From Patescibacteria group bacterium (lineage in GTDB: Bacteria; Patescibacteriota; Patescibacteriia; JAHJFT01), in the NCBI GenBank assembly GCA_028710985.1, contig JAQTTB010000001.1, positions 19,280 to 83,279 of the forward strand: a stretch of 64,000 nt of DNA, written 5' to 3'. Numbering within the stretch: the first letter of the stretch is position 1; each line of letters opens with the position of its first letter. The position numbers and the translations under genes were made by a program. Below are positions 45,661-54,074 of the stretch, piece by piece. The notes below the pieces were generated by a model, which saw nothing but the letters and a program-made list of their open reading frames with translations, had not been told where the DNA came from and did not search any database.

Positions 45661-45661
45661 A

Positions 45662-47620
45662 TTATTTTATTTCAACGGCATTAATATTGTCAAAAACGCC
45701 ACTGATAAAGCGCAGATTAATTTTATTATTATAAATTTCCGCGATGGCGATTCTCACCTCTCCGACAATATAGTCATAAAATGCTTTCAAGTCAAACTGA
45801 TTCGCCTGCGTCGCCCAGTTTGCGCTGCGGAGGAACGCGCCATTCCGATCGAATGATTTTATATATATATTTCCGTCTGTTTTATAAGTAACCAGTATCT
45901 CTTCTTCTTCGCCCGTATCCAAATTTTGCGTCGCAACGAATATTGGCCCCGTGATTTTCTCTGCCGCTTGAAAATTTGAAACCAAGACGCCACTCTTCCT
46001 AAATATCTTAATATGCAAAACACCGGCATCAATAAATCCCACGATTATTTCATCCGTGTCATCGGCATCAATATCTCCAGCCGTGACCGTAACGCCGCCG
46101 CGAAAACCAGAAGTATACGCCATAAAATTACCCTGAATTTCCCCTCTTTCATTAAACACTAGTATATGCGGACCGCCGCCCGGACCCGGCGCGGTGATAA
46201 TTTCATCGTTCACCGTCCGGCTGTCCACATTTCCGACGGCGATATTCACGCCACCGCGGAAAAGCGAATTATACGCAAAAAATTGTCCGTACAATTTCCC
46301 TGTCTCGCTAAAAATACGCACCTGCGGACCGCCGCCCGGACCCGCGCCGACCACAATTTCTTTTTGACCGTCATTATTTACGTCGCCGCTCTGAGCCGTG
46401 AACCCCTTTTTGAAACTATCCGGAAACACCGCGAAGCTATCTTTGACTTCCCCGCCGCTCCCAAGCTCACGGACAACCGGCGTAAAACCAAGCGGCGCAC
46501 CGATTACAAGCGATGAACCGCTCTTTGCCGCTTCAAGCGCCAACTCAAGCGCAGCGCGCGCATCCACGCGCGTTCCCAAGCCTCCGGCAAAATCCGGATT
46601 GATCCCGTCAATTATCACGCCGCTTTTTACCAAAATTTCATTGATTTCACGAGCCGAGAGCCCGGGCGCGATTGATTTCACGAGTGCGGACACGCCGGAA
46701 ACAATCGGCGCCGCAAACGAAGTGCCCGACCAATCGTCATCATAGAATGTATCAAAATCCGCAATTGCCGAGTTATAAACACGCGCGCTCCATATATCCA
46801 TGCCCGGTGCCGAAACATCAACGCAGGCTTTGCCAAAATTTGAAAATTTCGCTTTTTGATCCAACGTGTCGGTTGCCGCGACTCCAAGTACGTATATTTC
46901 ATTCTCATATTGATCAATGCACACCGGAAATTCATCGTACATATCCAAGTTCGAGCCGCCCGATTCGTCCGGCGTATTGCCGGCCGCCGCCACTACTACT
47001 ACTCCCGCTTCCCAGGCGCGGCGCACCGCAGTTGACATATCCTCGCTAAAATTAAAACCTACAAAACTCAAATTAATCACATCCGCACCATTTCGAATGG
47101 CGTAATAAATCGCTTTTGCCACATTGTCCGAGAATCCGTTACCCGTGGCATCGAGCACCTGAAGCGGCATTATCTTGCTCTCCCAGGTGATTCCGGCCAT
47201 GCCGTTCCGATTATTCCCTTCGGCTGCGATGATGCTCGCCACCGCCGTGCCATGGCTAATTCCCTCTTCCGCATATCCGTTGGAAAAATTCGGCAATATA
47301 TTTCCGTTATTATCCGAGAAATTCCATCCATTCACATCATCAATATAATCATTCTTATCATCATCGATTCCGTTTGCCGGAATTTCATCTTCATTGATCC
47401 AAGCATTGCCATCCAATTCCGGATGCGAAATATCCACGGCCGTATCAATCACTGCGACAATCACCTTCGGACTGCCGGTCGAAATATCCCAGGCGCGTTC
47501 GGCATCAATCTGACGCAAATACCACTGACGCGAAAAATCCGTATCGTTTGGGGTGAAAGCCTGCGCGCCTTGAACCGCAACGAATACAAAAATTATTGTG
47601 CAGAATATAAACTTTTTCAC
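45662..47620 (-). CDS. S8 family serine peptidase (subtilase) with signal peptide and C-terminal FG-GAP/VCBS-like repeats
   Basis: Catalytic triad contexts VIDTAVD, HGTAVASIIAA and GTSFAAPIVSG. Repeated DxDxDG...GGGPxxxxF modules. Confidence 0.85.
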   Translation of the reverse strand: MKKFIFCTIIFVFVAVQGAQAFTPNDTDFSRQWYLRQIDAERAWDISTGSPKVIVAVIDTAVDISHPELDGNAWINEDEIPANGIDDDKNDYIDDVNGWNFSDNNGNILPNFSNGYAEEGISHGTAVASIIAAEGNNRNGMAGITWESKIMPLQVLDATGNGFSDNVAKAIYYAIRNGADVINLSFVGFNFSEDMSTAVRRAWEAGVVVVAAAGNTPDESGGSNLDMYDEFPVCIDQYENEIYVLGVAATDTLDQKAKFSNFGKACVDVSAPGMDIWSARVYNSAIADFDTFYDDDWSGTSFAAPIVSGVSALVKSIAPGLSAREINEILVKSGVIIDGINPDFAGGLGTRVDARAALELALEAAKSGSSLVIGAPLGFTPVVRELGSGGEVKDSFAVFPDSFKKGFTAQSGDVNNDGQKEIVVGAGPGGGPQVRIFSETGKLYGQFFAYNSLFRGGVNIAVGNVDSRTVNDEIITAPGPGGGPHILVFNERGEIQGNFMAYTSGFRGGVTVTAGDIDADDTDEIIVGFIDAGVLHIKIFRKSGVLVSNFQAAEKITGPIFVATQNLDTGEEEEILVTYKTDGNIYIKSFDRNGAFLRSANWATQANQFDLKAFYDYIVGEVRIAIAEIYNNKINLRFISGVFDNINAVEIK

Positions 47621-47701
47621 AGGCTAAAAATTCATAAGTTATACGGATATGATACCATTTTTGCGCAAAAAATACACACTCATGCCATCCATCCCCAACC
47701 T

Positions 47702-47739
47702 AAATCCCGCCCCCGGGCGTCCCCAGGGGCGGGATTTTT
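47702..47739. other. GC-rich stem-loop AAATCCCGCCCC-N12-GGGGCGGGATTTTT between the surface-protein gene and the S8 peptidase gene
   Basis: 12-bp perfect stem. The T-run lies on the plus side only. It could be an attenuator or an mRNA-stabilising hairpin. Confidence 0.4.
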
Positions 47740-47777
47740 GAGTTACTGAATATTGCCGATTACTCGGCCAGTCAAGA

Positions 47778-50700
47778 CTAGAAGGTCAATACCACGTTTT
47801 CGGTGAGATCCTTGACGAGATACTCGTCAGTCCAATCACCGGTTGACAACGTATCTAATTGAGCGTTGTGCGGTATTGCCGCCTTGTCTGACCAGACAAG
47901 GTAAGCAGCAACTTCGCCACCCACTACACCGGTTGCATCCAAGTTCGGACCACGTACGGTGCCGACCGCGGCTGCATTCAGGTGATAGGTGTAGATGGTT
48001 GAGCTGCCAGTCTTAATAGTTACGTTAAGCGACTCGCTGGAGCCTGCACCGCCAACCGTACCCTTGAGGGTAAAGATGTGGCCGGAGCCAGAAATGCTCT
48101 GCTCTGTGCCGCTCGTGTAACTAATAAAGATTGTGCCCGAGGCATCGGTTGCGCCTTCAACAGTATTGCCGAGGTTATCAGTGATGGTAACCAAATCGGA
48201 AATATCTGTACCGTCCTGGAACCACTTCAAGGTATCAACCGTGAACGCACCGCTCTTAGTGAATTCGAATGTGAGTTTCGCGACACCCGCATCGCCTGCA
48301 CTGTCTGCGGTAACCTTGGTCTTGTAGAGTTCAATCGTACCGTTGGCCAGGCTCGAGCTAGCTAACGCTTGCTTGGCAAAAGTAAGCTTGGTCTTGCGGA
48401 TAACCATTGGGTTGCCCGCGAGGACCGCCGAGGCCGCCGCGTACACGCGCTCGCCGGACATGGCGCCCGTGCCCTTCACATTGTAACTATTGGTATAGTT
48501 CGCATCCCACTCGCCGGTCGTAACATTGTATTCAACCGCGAGTTTCGGGTTGTTGCCCGAGGTTGCGCCTGCGTCAATCGCGTTCAGCTTGCCAACCACC
48601 TGGAAGGTCACACTGCCGTCAGCCGGCACGGTGATCGGGGTGGAAAGCGTGATGTCGGTCGCCGTCGCCGAACCCGGGAACACATCCGTGCCCGAGGAGA
48701 CGATTACGCCGTCCTTCTGAATCGCGAGGTACTTGAAGTCACTATTTGCGCCGCCGCTATAGCGTTGCAGGCGGATCTTGTCAACGGAGATATTTTCGTA
48801 CTGTGAAGTAATCTTGGCTTGGGCAAAGGTTGTCCAAGCATCCTTACCGGCAATGACAATGTCGGTTGACGGATTTGATTCCGCCGCGATTGTCAATGTA
48901 CCGGAATTCTTCACAGTCTGGAAGATTGTCGGACCGTTGTTGATCGGATTGCTCCAAGTCACGTCGCCGTCAGTCGCAGTAACTGAATTGGCATCTGCGT
49001 CTTCGGCCGAAATATCGGTTTCGAGAGCAATACCGACCCAGAATGTGTCATCCGTACCGCCGGAAGTCGCCACTGAATCAAGTATTGCCTTGACAACCAA
49101 TGTCTTGGTTTCACCCGCCGGAATGCTATAGCTGAGACCGTCAAATGTGGCGGTACCCGCCGTTGCATCCGGGCTCTCGGCCGTGCCGAGCTGAGTCGTG
49201 CCATCCCACAGCGTAAGCTGGGTAATGACATCGTCCAGTTGAGCCGCGGTATAACCCGCACCGTTCACATTGCCCTGACCAGTGACTTTAACGCTCGTCA
49301 CTTTGATTGCGCTCTGTGAACCAGCTGTGAACACAAAACCAGATGAAGCAACATCTGATGTCTTCTTGACATAGGTGTCACTCACCGGAGTCGCGGCCAG
49401 CTGAACTGTCAGACTCGATGTCTTGACCGTCATGGTGTTGCCGGTAATAACCGCATTCGGCACGATTTGGGTTACAGCGAGATATTCGCCTGTGGCATTG
49501 TTCTTCACATAATCGGCAGCAAAGGCATTCAACTTGGCCACATATTGGCGATCGCTGTTGAACCAGGCGTTGTTTGCCACATCGGCCTTGAGGGCCAAAT
49601 TCTTGGTTGTGCCCGCGTTCACATAAAATGAATCGCTAACCACCCAAGTGCAAGTAGTTGCATCCTCACCACAGGCGGGACTTCCGCTTGAAAGTTGAGT
49701 CGGACCGGCGACAACTTCGCCGGAATCGGTATCAACTAATTTGATGTCAGTGAACAGATCTGTGGTGGATGCGTCAATGTAGTCATCACCATTGATACCT
49801 GCCAGTGTGAAGCTGATCTTGCGGACCTCGAGAGTGTTCTCGGCCGCAGTCATGCCAAACTGGAAGAAGATCTGATCCTGGCCGGCCTTTGGCATAGTGC
49901 CAGTCGCCGGACCATTGTAAGCGATCGTCAATTGACCGCCCTCGGTATTCGTGGTTACTGAATCGCCGCTATCAAAATCATCAATGTTCACTGCCGCGCC
50001 CCAGCCATAGGTATTATCTGTGGCATCGACATCGGTAGTGTACTCAAGATAGGTAATGATAGAGCGGCCGCCCTTGCCCACGACATCGGCCTTGACATAA
50101 AGAGTCTTGGTTGTGCCGTTGGAAATGAGATAAGGCGTGGCGAGGATAAAGTTTATCTTATCGCCGACAATTGTCGCTGTTTCGGCCACTAATTCTGTAC
50201 CAACATACAGCTTCAGGTTGGTAACGTCGCTGTTCACGACCGTACCGGCCTGAGCGATGCTGATTTGATTAAGCTTAATATCCGCGCTTGCGGCAGTAAG
50301 CTTAAATGAAGAAATCGTGGCTGCAAGTGATCCAACTGTTACGTTGGCCGGATCTGAACCTTCATTCACCGTCAGAGTGGCGGCATCCTGTGCACCAACC
50401 GTGAAGGTGTTGCCGCGTATCGGGAAACTGCCCGAAACCGTGGCGGTTGTGCCAACCTTACTCGTCGCAACGAGCTCTAGGGCATGTTCATCCGCAGCTA
50501 TTGCGGTTGAACTCAAATCGCCGCGGACCGTGAGATACTTGGTCGTGCCGGCGGTAATCGTCAAGTTCAGGTTGTTGAATTGAGCCTCGTTTGAGCTGGT
50601 ATTGATACTGCGACCGCTCGTCAGTCTTGTTGAACCCTCATAGAGGTAGACGTTCGTGAAGTCGCTCGCTGTACCAACGCCAAGGCGATGGAATGTCAGG

Positions 50701-51557
50701 GTATTAAGAATGACATTGCCGTCCGAGCTCGCGGTCACAGCGACCTTAATAAGCTGCACGCTTGACGAACCCTGGGCGACAGTTGCGCCCGCCGGGGTGT
50801 CAGAGGCCAAGGCCACGGCAAGACCGGTGCCTGTGCCGGAAACGCCGGCTACAAGATCCGTAATGCCCGCTTCACCGCCGGTAACCGCGGTTCCGTCCGC
50901 ATAAGTTACATCGGCCGCGACTGGGCTAATTACGAAACGCCATTGGAACATGTTGGCATCAAATGCCGCCTCGTTCGCAATTGCGCGCTTCTGACCATCC
51001 TGAATGTAGTAGACGGATGCACCAGAAGCATACTTAATCAAGCATCCATTCGGATGCACATAAGTGCTGATTGAGGTGCCGATTGAATAGTTGGTGAAGA
51101 ATGAATCCGGAACGTCAACTACCCAGCTGGCCCAATTTGTTCCCCAGAGTTTCTGGGCAACGGCCTCGGTCTCAACCCAATGCAAAACACCGCCGGTCGT
51201 CACGGCATAAACCTTGGGATCGGTGGTAATTTTGATTAGGAATGTACCTGGGCGGATTGTGATATTTCCGCCGATAGAGACTGCCGCGAGTTCCGCGTCA
51301 GTGATCTCTTTCAGGGTTGAGAAATCGGGGTACCATGAATAATAGGTGTTCTCGTTCGGGAAAACGTATCTCTTACCATCTGCTGCGTAATAATACACCG
51401 CCGGTTGGCTGGCCTTAATAAGGTCGCCTGCGGACAAGGTCGCTGCTTCCGCTGCCAAAGGCATTATGAAAGCCGCAAAACCGATTGACCACGCCATGGT
51501 GGTGATAACTACGCCAACGGTAAGGATCCTCTTTGAAATGCGTAGAACTTCAGTCAT
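47778..51557 (-). CDS. giant secreted cell-surface protein (1259 aa), Thr/Ser/Ala/Gly/Val-rich, a candidate S-layer or surface-layer glycoprotein
   Basis: Signal peptide ending AEAA. Low-complexity beta-rich repeats. GC content is about 55%, far above the neighbouring island. A long structured leader lies upstream. Confidence 0.7.
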   Translation of the reverse strand: MTEVLRISKRILTVGVVITTMAWSIGFAAFIMPLAAEAATLSAGDLIKASQPAVYYYAADGKRYVFPNENTYYSWYPDFSTLKEITDAELAAVSIGGNITIRPGTFLIKITTDPKVYAVTTGGVLHWVETEAVAQKLWGTNWASWVVDVPDSFFTNYSIGTSISTYVHPNGCLIKYASGASVYYIQDGQKRAIANEAAFDANMFQWRFVISPVAADVTYADGTAVTGGEAGITDLVAGVSGTGTGLAVALASDTPAGATVAQGSSSVQLIKVAVTASSDGNVILNTLTFHRLGVGTASDFTNVYLYEGSTRLTSGRSINTSSNEAQFNNLNLTITAGTTKYLTVRGDLSSTAIAADEHALELVATSKVGTTATVSGSFPIRGNTFTVGAQDAATLTVNEGSDPANVTVGSLAATISSFKLTAASADIKLNQISIAQAGTVVNSDVTNLKLYVGTELVAETATIVGDKINFILATPYLISNGTTKTLYVKADVVGKGGRSIITYLEYTTDVDATDNTYGWGAAVNIDDFDSGDSVTTNTEGGQLTIAYNGPATGTMPKAGQDQIFFQFGMTAAENTLEVRKISFTLAGINGDDYIDASTTDLFTDIKLVDTDSGEVVAGPTQLSSGSPACGEDATTCTWVVSDSFYVNAGTTKNLALKADVANNAWFNSDRQYVAKLNAFAADYVKNNATGEYLAVTQIVPNAVITGNTMTVKTSSLTVQLAATPVSDTYVKKTSDVASSGFVFTAGSQSAIKVTSVKVTGQGNVNGAGYTAAQLDDVITQLTLWDGTTQLGTAESPDATAGTATFDGLSYSIPAGETKTLVVKAILDSVATSGGTDDTFWVGIALETDISAEDADANSVTATDGDVTWSNPINNGPTIFQTVKNSGTLTIAAESNPSTDIVIAGKDAWTTFAQAKITSQYENISVDKIRLQRYSGGANSDFKYLAIQKDGVIVSSGTDVFPGSATATDITLSTPITVPADGSVTFQVVGKLNAIDAGATSGNNPKLAVEYNVTTGEWDANYTNSYNVKGTGAMSGERVYAAASAVLAGNPMVIRKTKLTFAKQALASSSLANGTIELYKTKVTADSAGDAGVAKLTFEFTKSGAFTVDTLKWFQDGTDISDLVTITDNLGNTVEGATDASGTIFISYTSGTEQSISGSGHIFTLKGTVGGAGSSESLNVTIKTGSSTIYTYHLNAAAVGTVRGPNLDATGVVGGEVAAYLVWSDKAAIPHNAQLDTLSTGDWTDEYLVKDLTENVVLTF

Positions 51558-51782
51558 AAATAATTTATATCCTTTTGAATTTAATTCTTATCACGCAAGC
51601 GGCCATTGGCCCCGACCTTTTAGCCTGCGCGTTAATTAACTCTGGTACAAGTTCCGACGCCCCAACATAAAGTTGGCGGTCGGAATCCCGACTTCCGCCT
51701 GCGGCGGAATGTCGGGACATCAGCCCATACCCCGGAAACGGCTTCCATAAAAACCGCCTTCGGGGTATTTCCGATGATTAAT
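51558..51782 (-). promoter_or_regulatory. 225-nt structured 5' leader/intergenic region upstream of the surface-protein gene
   Basis: Contains CCCGAC(A)TTCCGCC-gcag-GGCGGAAGTCGGG and a CCCCGAAGGCGG/CCGTTTCCGGGG stem. Confidence 0.45.
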
Positions 51783-52991
51783 TTAATTCGTTACCGCTTT
51801 TGTCGTGGTTGCGGCTCCAGCCACTGCTGGCGTAGATGAAGTCTGAATTACGGGAATGATTGGGTCAGTCGATGAAACCCCAACCGGTTCGGTTATAATC
51901 GGCGTCTCGCTTGCTTCACTCTGATTTTCGGCTCCAACCGCCGAAGCCAGGGTATTCACTTCTTTTACCGCCGCAATCGCCCCGACTAAATCATTATTTT
52001 CCAAAAGTTCCCGTGCCTCCACAACTTTTTCCGCCAGTTGATCGGCAGTCGCGGTTGATGCTCCCGTTACCCCGATAACTTCACCCGTGCCGCTCGCCGC
52101 ACCAGTAATCACCTCTCCGGTCGAAGACGCGGCCTCCGAACCCACCGGGGTAGAAATTACCTCCGCGGTACCCGAAGCGCTCGTTACTCCAACCAACGCT
52201 GCCGCGGCTTCGGCTCTTTCCAGCTTGCTCGTAATTTTTTCAATTACTTCTTCCTCGGTGATTCCTTCGGCCTGACCCTGGGCGTGTTTCTCTACGATGA
52301 CTTCAACGGCCTTAACTGCCGTTACCTCAACAACCGCTTTCGCTTCTTGGACATCATTCTTATTGACATCGGAAAGCTTGTCCATGGTTTCCTGCAATTT
52401 ATTTTCAAACTCTTCAGATTTTTCATCAACGATTTTCGCCACCTCAACCGCCTTCTTTGAAGAACTTTTTTGTTTAATTTCTTCCAGATCATCCTGAACT
52501 GTTTTCATGCCTTTTTTAAAATCCGCCATGGACTTGGTTAGCTTTTCTTCCTTCCTTATATCGGGTTTCTCAATCAACTTAGTCGCTTCTTCCAGCCGCC
52601 GTCCGGCAAAATCAATGCGCAGTTTTGTTTTAACTTCCCGGGCCGGCGAAAGGGTTATTTGCGCGCCTTCGGAAAATAATTTTACGCCGTAAAGCGCATC
52701 ACCCGGCAAGCTGCCAAAAGACGCACTCACTGTCGCGGTCCAGCTGCCAAATACCAGAAATACGATAACCATGGCTGCGACAACCGGACGAAACGCCTTA
52801 GACCAGCCGGTGCTTACATCCACTGCCAATGAAAAATTTTCAAGCAGACTGCCGGTTTTCTCCGCCGCCGGCGCGTCCTGTCTTGCGTGAGCAAGCATGC
52901 TTTCGCGCGTTGACAATACCCAAGCCTCACGCGCTTTGCCGCCCGCTTTCGTCTTACCGAGATTATTCAATTGTTCTACCAATTTATCCAT
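51783..52991 (-). CDS. membrane-spanning anti-sigma factor candidate (DUF5667-like extracytoplasmic domain, T/S-rich tail)
   Basis: Sits 9 nt downstream of the ECF sigma gene. One TM helix at about residues 68-90. Coiled-coil, Lys/Glu-rich middle region. Confidence 0.5.
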   Translation of the reverse strand: MDKLVEQLNNLGKTKAGGKAREAWVLSTRESMLAHARQDAPAAEKTGSLLENFSLAVDVSTGWSKAFRPVVAAMVIVFLVFGSWTATVSASFGSLPGDALYGVKLFSEGAQITLSPAREVKTKLRIDFAGRRLEEATKLIEKPDIRKEEKLTKSMADFKKGMKTVQDDLEEIKQKSSSKKAVEVAKIVDEKSEEFENKLQETMDKLSDVNKNDVQEAKAVVEVTAVKAVEVIVEKHAQGQAEGITEEEVIEKITSKLERAEAAAALVGVTSASGTAEVISTPVGSEAASSTGEVITGAASGTGEVIGVTGASTATADQLAEKVVEARELLENNDLVGAIAAVKEVNTLASAVGAENQSEASETPIITEPVGVSSTDPIIPVIQTSSTPAVAGAATTTKAVTN

Positions 52992-53000
52992 TTATCGGGT

Positions 53001-53546
53001 TTATTTATTGTCTTGCTGCTCCATAATTTCACGTAATGCCGCGAGCGAGCGGTGAAGCAGAACCCGCACATTGTTTCCGCTTTTCTGCAAAATACTCGCG
53101 ATTTCGCCAGCTGTCATATTATCCAGATACTTCATCACCACAATCTCGCGATACTCATCCTTTAGTTTATTCAGCGCACGGTAAATCCTCGCCAAGTCAG
53201 ACTGCTTCTCCAGTTCCGCCAGTCCAACGATGTCCACTTCTCCGGCCGTCTCTTCCATGAGCTGAATATCGCTCTTTCTCTGCCGATAATGGTCAATGAC
53301 CAAATTCCGCGCAATTGTGTAGAGTAGGGCTCCCACACTTTTCACCGGCTGGCTGCCTGCAAGATAATCCCAGGCTTTTAAAAAAACCTCTGAACTCAAG
53401 TCTTCAGCTTCTTGTTCCGAGGATACTTTAAAAAAAATAAATCTATATATCTTGGCGCCGTAATCATCATATAACTCTGCAAATGCCCCTGCGTCCTGCT
53501 TCGCCTTGATCTTATAGACCAGTATTTTTTCTTTGAATTTATTCAT
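53001..53546 (-). CDS. RNA polymerase sigma-70 factor, ECF subfamily
   Basis: Region 2 (YDDYGAKIYRFIFFKV...VFLKAW) and region 4 HTH (MTAGEIASILQKSGNNVRVLLHRSLAAL). Confidence 0.8.
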   Translation of the reverse strand: MNKFKEKILVYKIKAKQDAGAFAELYDDYGAKIYRFIFFKVSSEQEAEDLSSEVFLKAWDYLAGSQPVKSVGALLYTIARNLVIDHYRQRKSDIQLMEETAGEVDIVGLAELEKQSDLARIYRALNKLKDEYREIVVMKYLDNMTAGEIASILQKSGNNVRVLLHRSLAALREIMEQQDNK

Positions 53547-53638
53547 CTATATTGACGATAAGATGATACGAATGTTACACAATCCGCCTTCATTTGTAAA
53601 GTCTTTTAGTCTCAAATTCGGTTAAATCACCCGTTTTC

Positions 53639-53667
53639 TTGACAAACTTTCAAGCTGCACATATAAT
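53639..53667 (+). promoter_or_regulatory. perfect-consensus sigma70 promoter TTGACA-N17-TATAAT for the HTH gene, followed by the palindrome AAGTCTAaactagccTAGACTT around the predicted transcription start
   Basis: TTGACA at 53639..53644, a 17-nt spacer, and TATAAT at 53662..53667. The inverted repeat at 53669..53691 is operator-like. Confidence 0.6.
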
Positions 53668-53702
53668 AAGTCTAAACTAGCCTAGACTTTTAATATAAGC
53701 CC

Positions 53703-53999
53703 ATGTCTTCATCCATTCGCTTATCCGTATCCGAAGCCGCCCGGCTTTTTGGCATTAGTGAAAAAACCCTGCGCCGCGCCATCATTAATAAGGAAATCAA
53801 CTATATCGTGGTTGCCGGCCGGTACAAGCTAAATTTTGAAAGCCTGGTCAAGTGGTCCCAGCAAAAAACCACGGTGCGCCGCAAATCCGAAAAATACGGC
53901 ATCGACCAATTTGTGGATAAATGGCGCCTCTCCGCCACCCTCTACTCCCCCAACCCACCCGCCACGGAACAAGAGAACAATTCAACAATACAACAATAG
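53703..53999 (+). CDS. small helix-turn-helix DNA-binding protein (excisionase-family HTH)
   Basis: SVSEAARLFGISEKTLRRAIINKEINYIVVAGRYKLNFESLVKW matches the XIS/MerR-like HTH pattern. 98 aa. Confidence 0.6.
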   Translation: MSSSIRLSVSEAARLFGISEKTLRRAIINKEINYIVVAGRYKLNFESLVKWSQQKTTVRRKSEKYGIDQFVDKWRLSATLYSPNPPATEQENNSTIQQ

Positions 54000-54061
54000 A
54001 ACGACCTATAAAAAAACAAGCGTTTTACCTATGCTTGTTTTTTTGTTGTATTGTTGAATTG
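53978..54061. terminator. nested bidirectional terminator: a 19-bp perfect outer inverted repeat (CAATTCAACAATACAACAA / TTGTTGTATTGTTGAATTG) enclosing an inner AACAAGC-loop-GCTTGTT hairpin flanked by an A-run and a T-run
   Basis: Outer arms at 53978..53996 and 54043..54061. Inner hairpin at 54015..54039. The left arm encodes the last residues of the HTH protein. Confidence 0.65.
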
Positions 54062-54074
54062 TTGCGTTGTCCGC

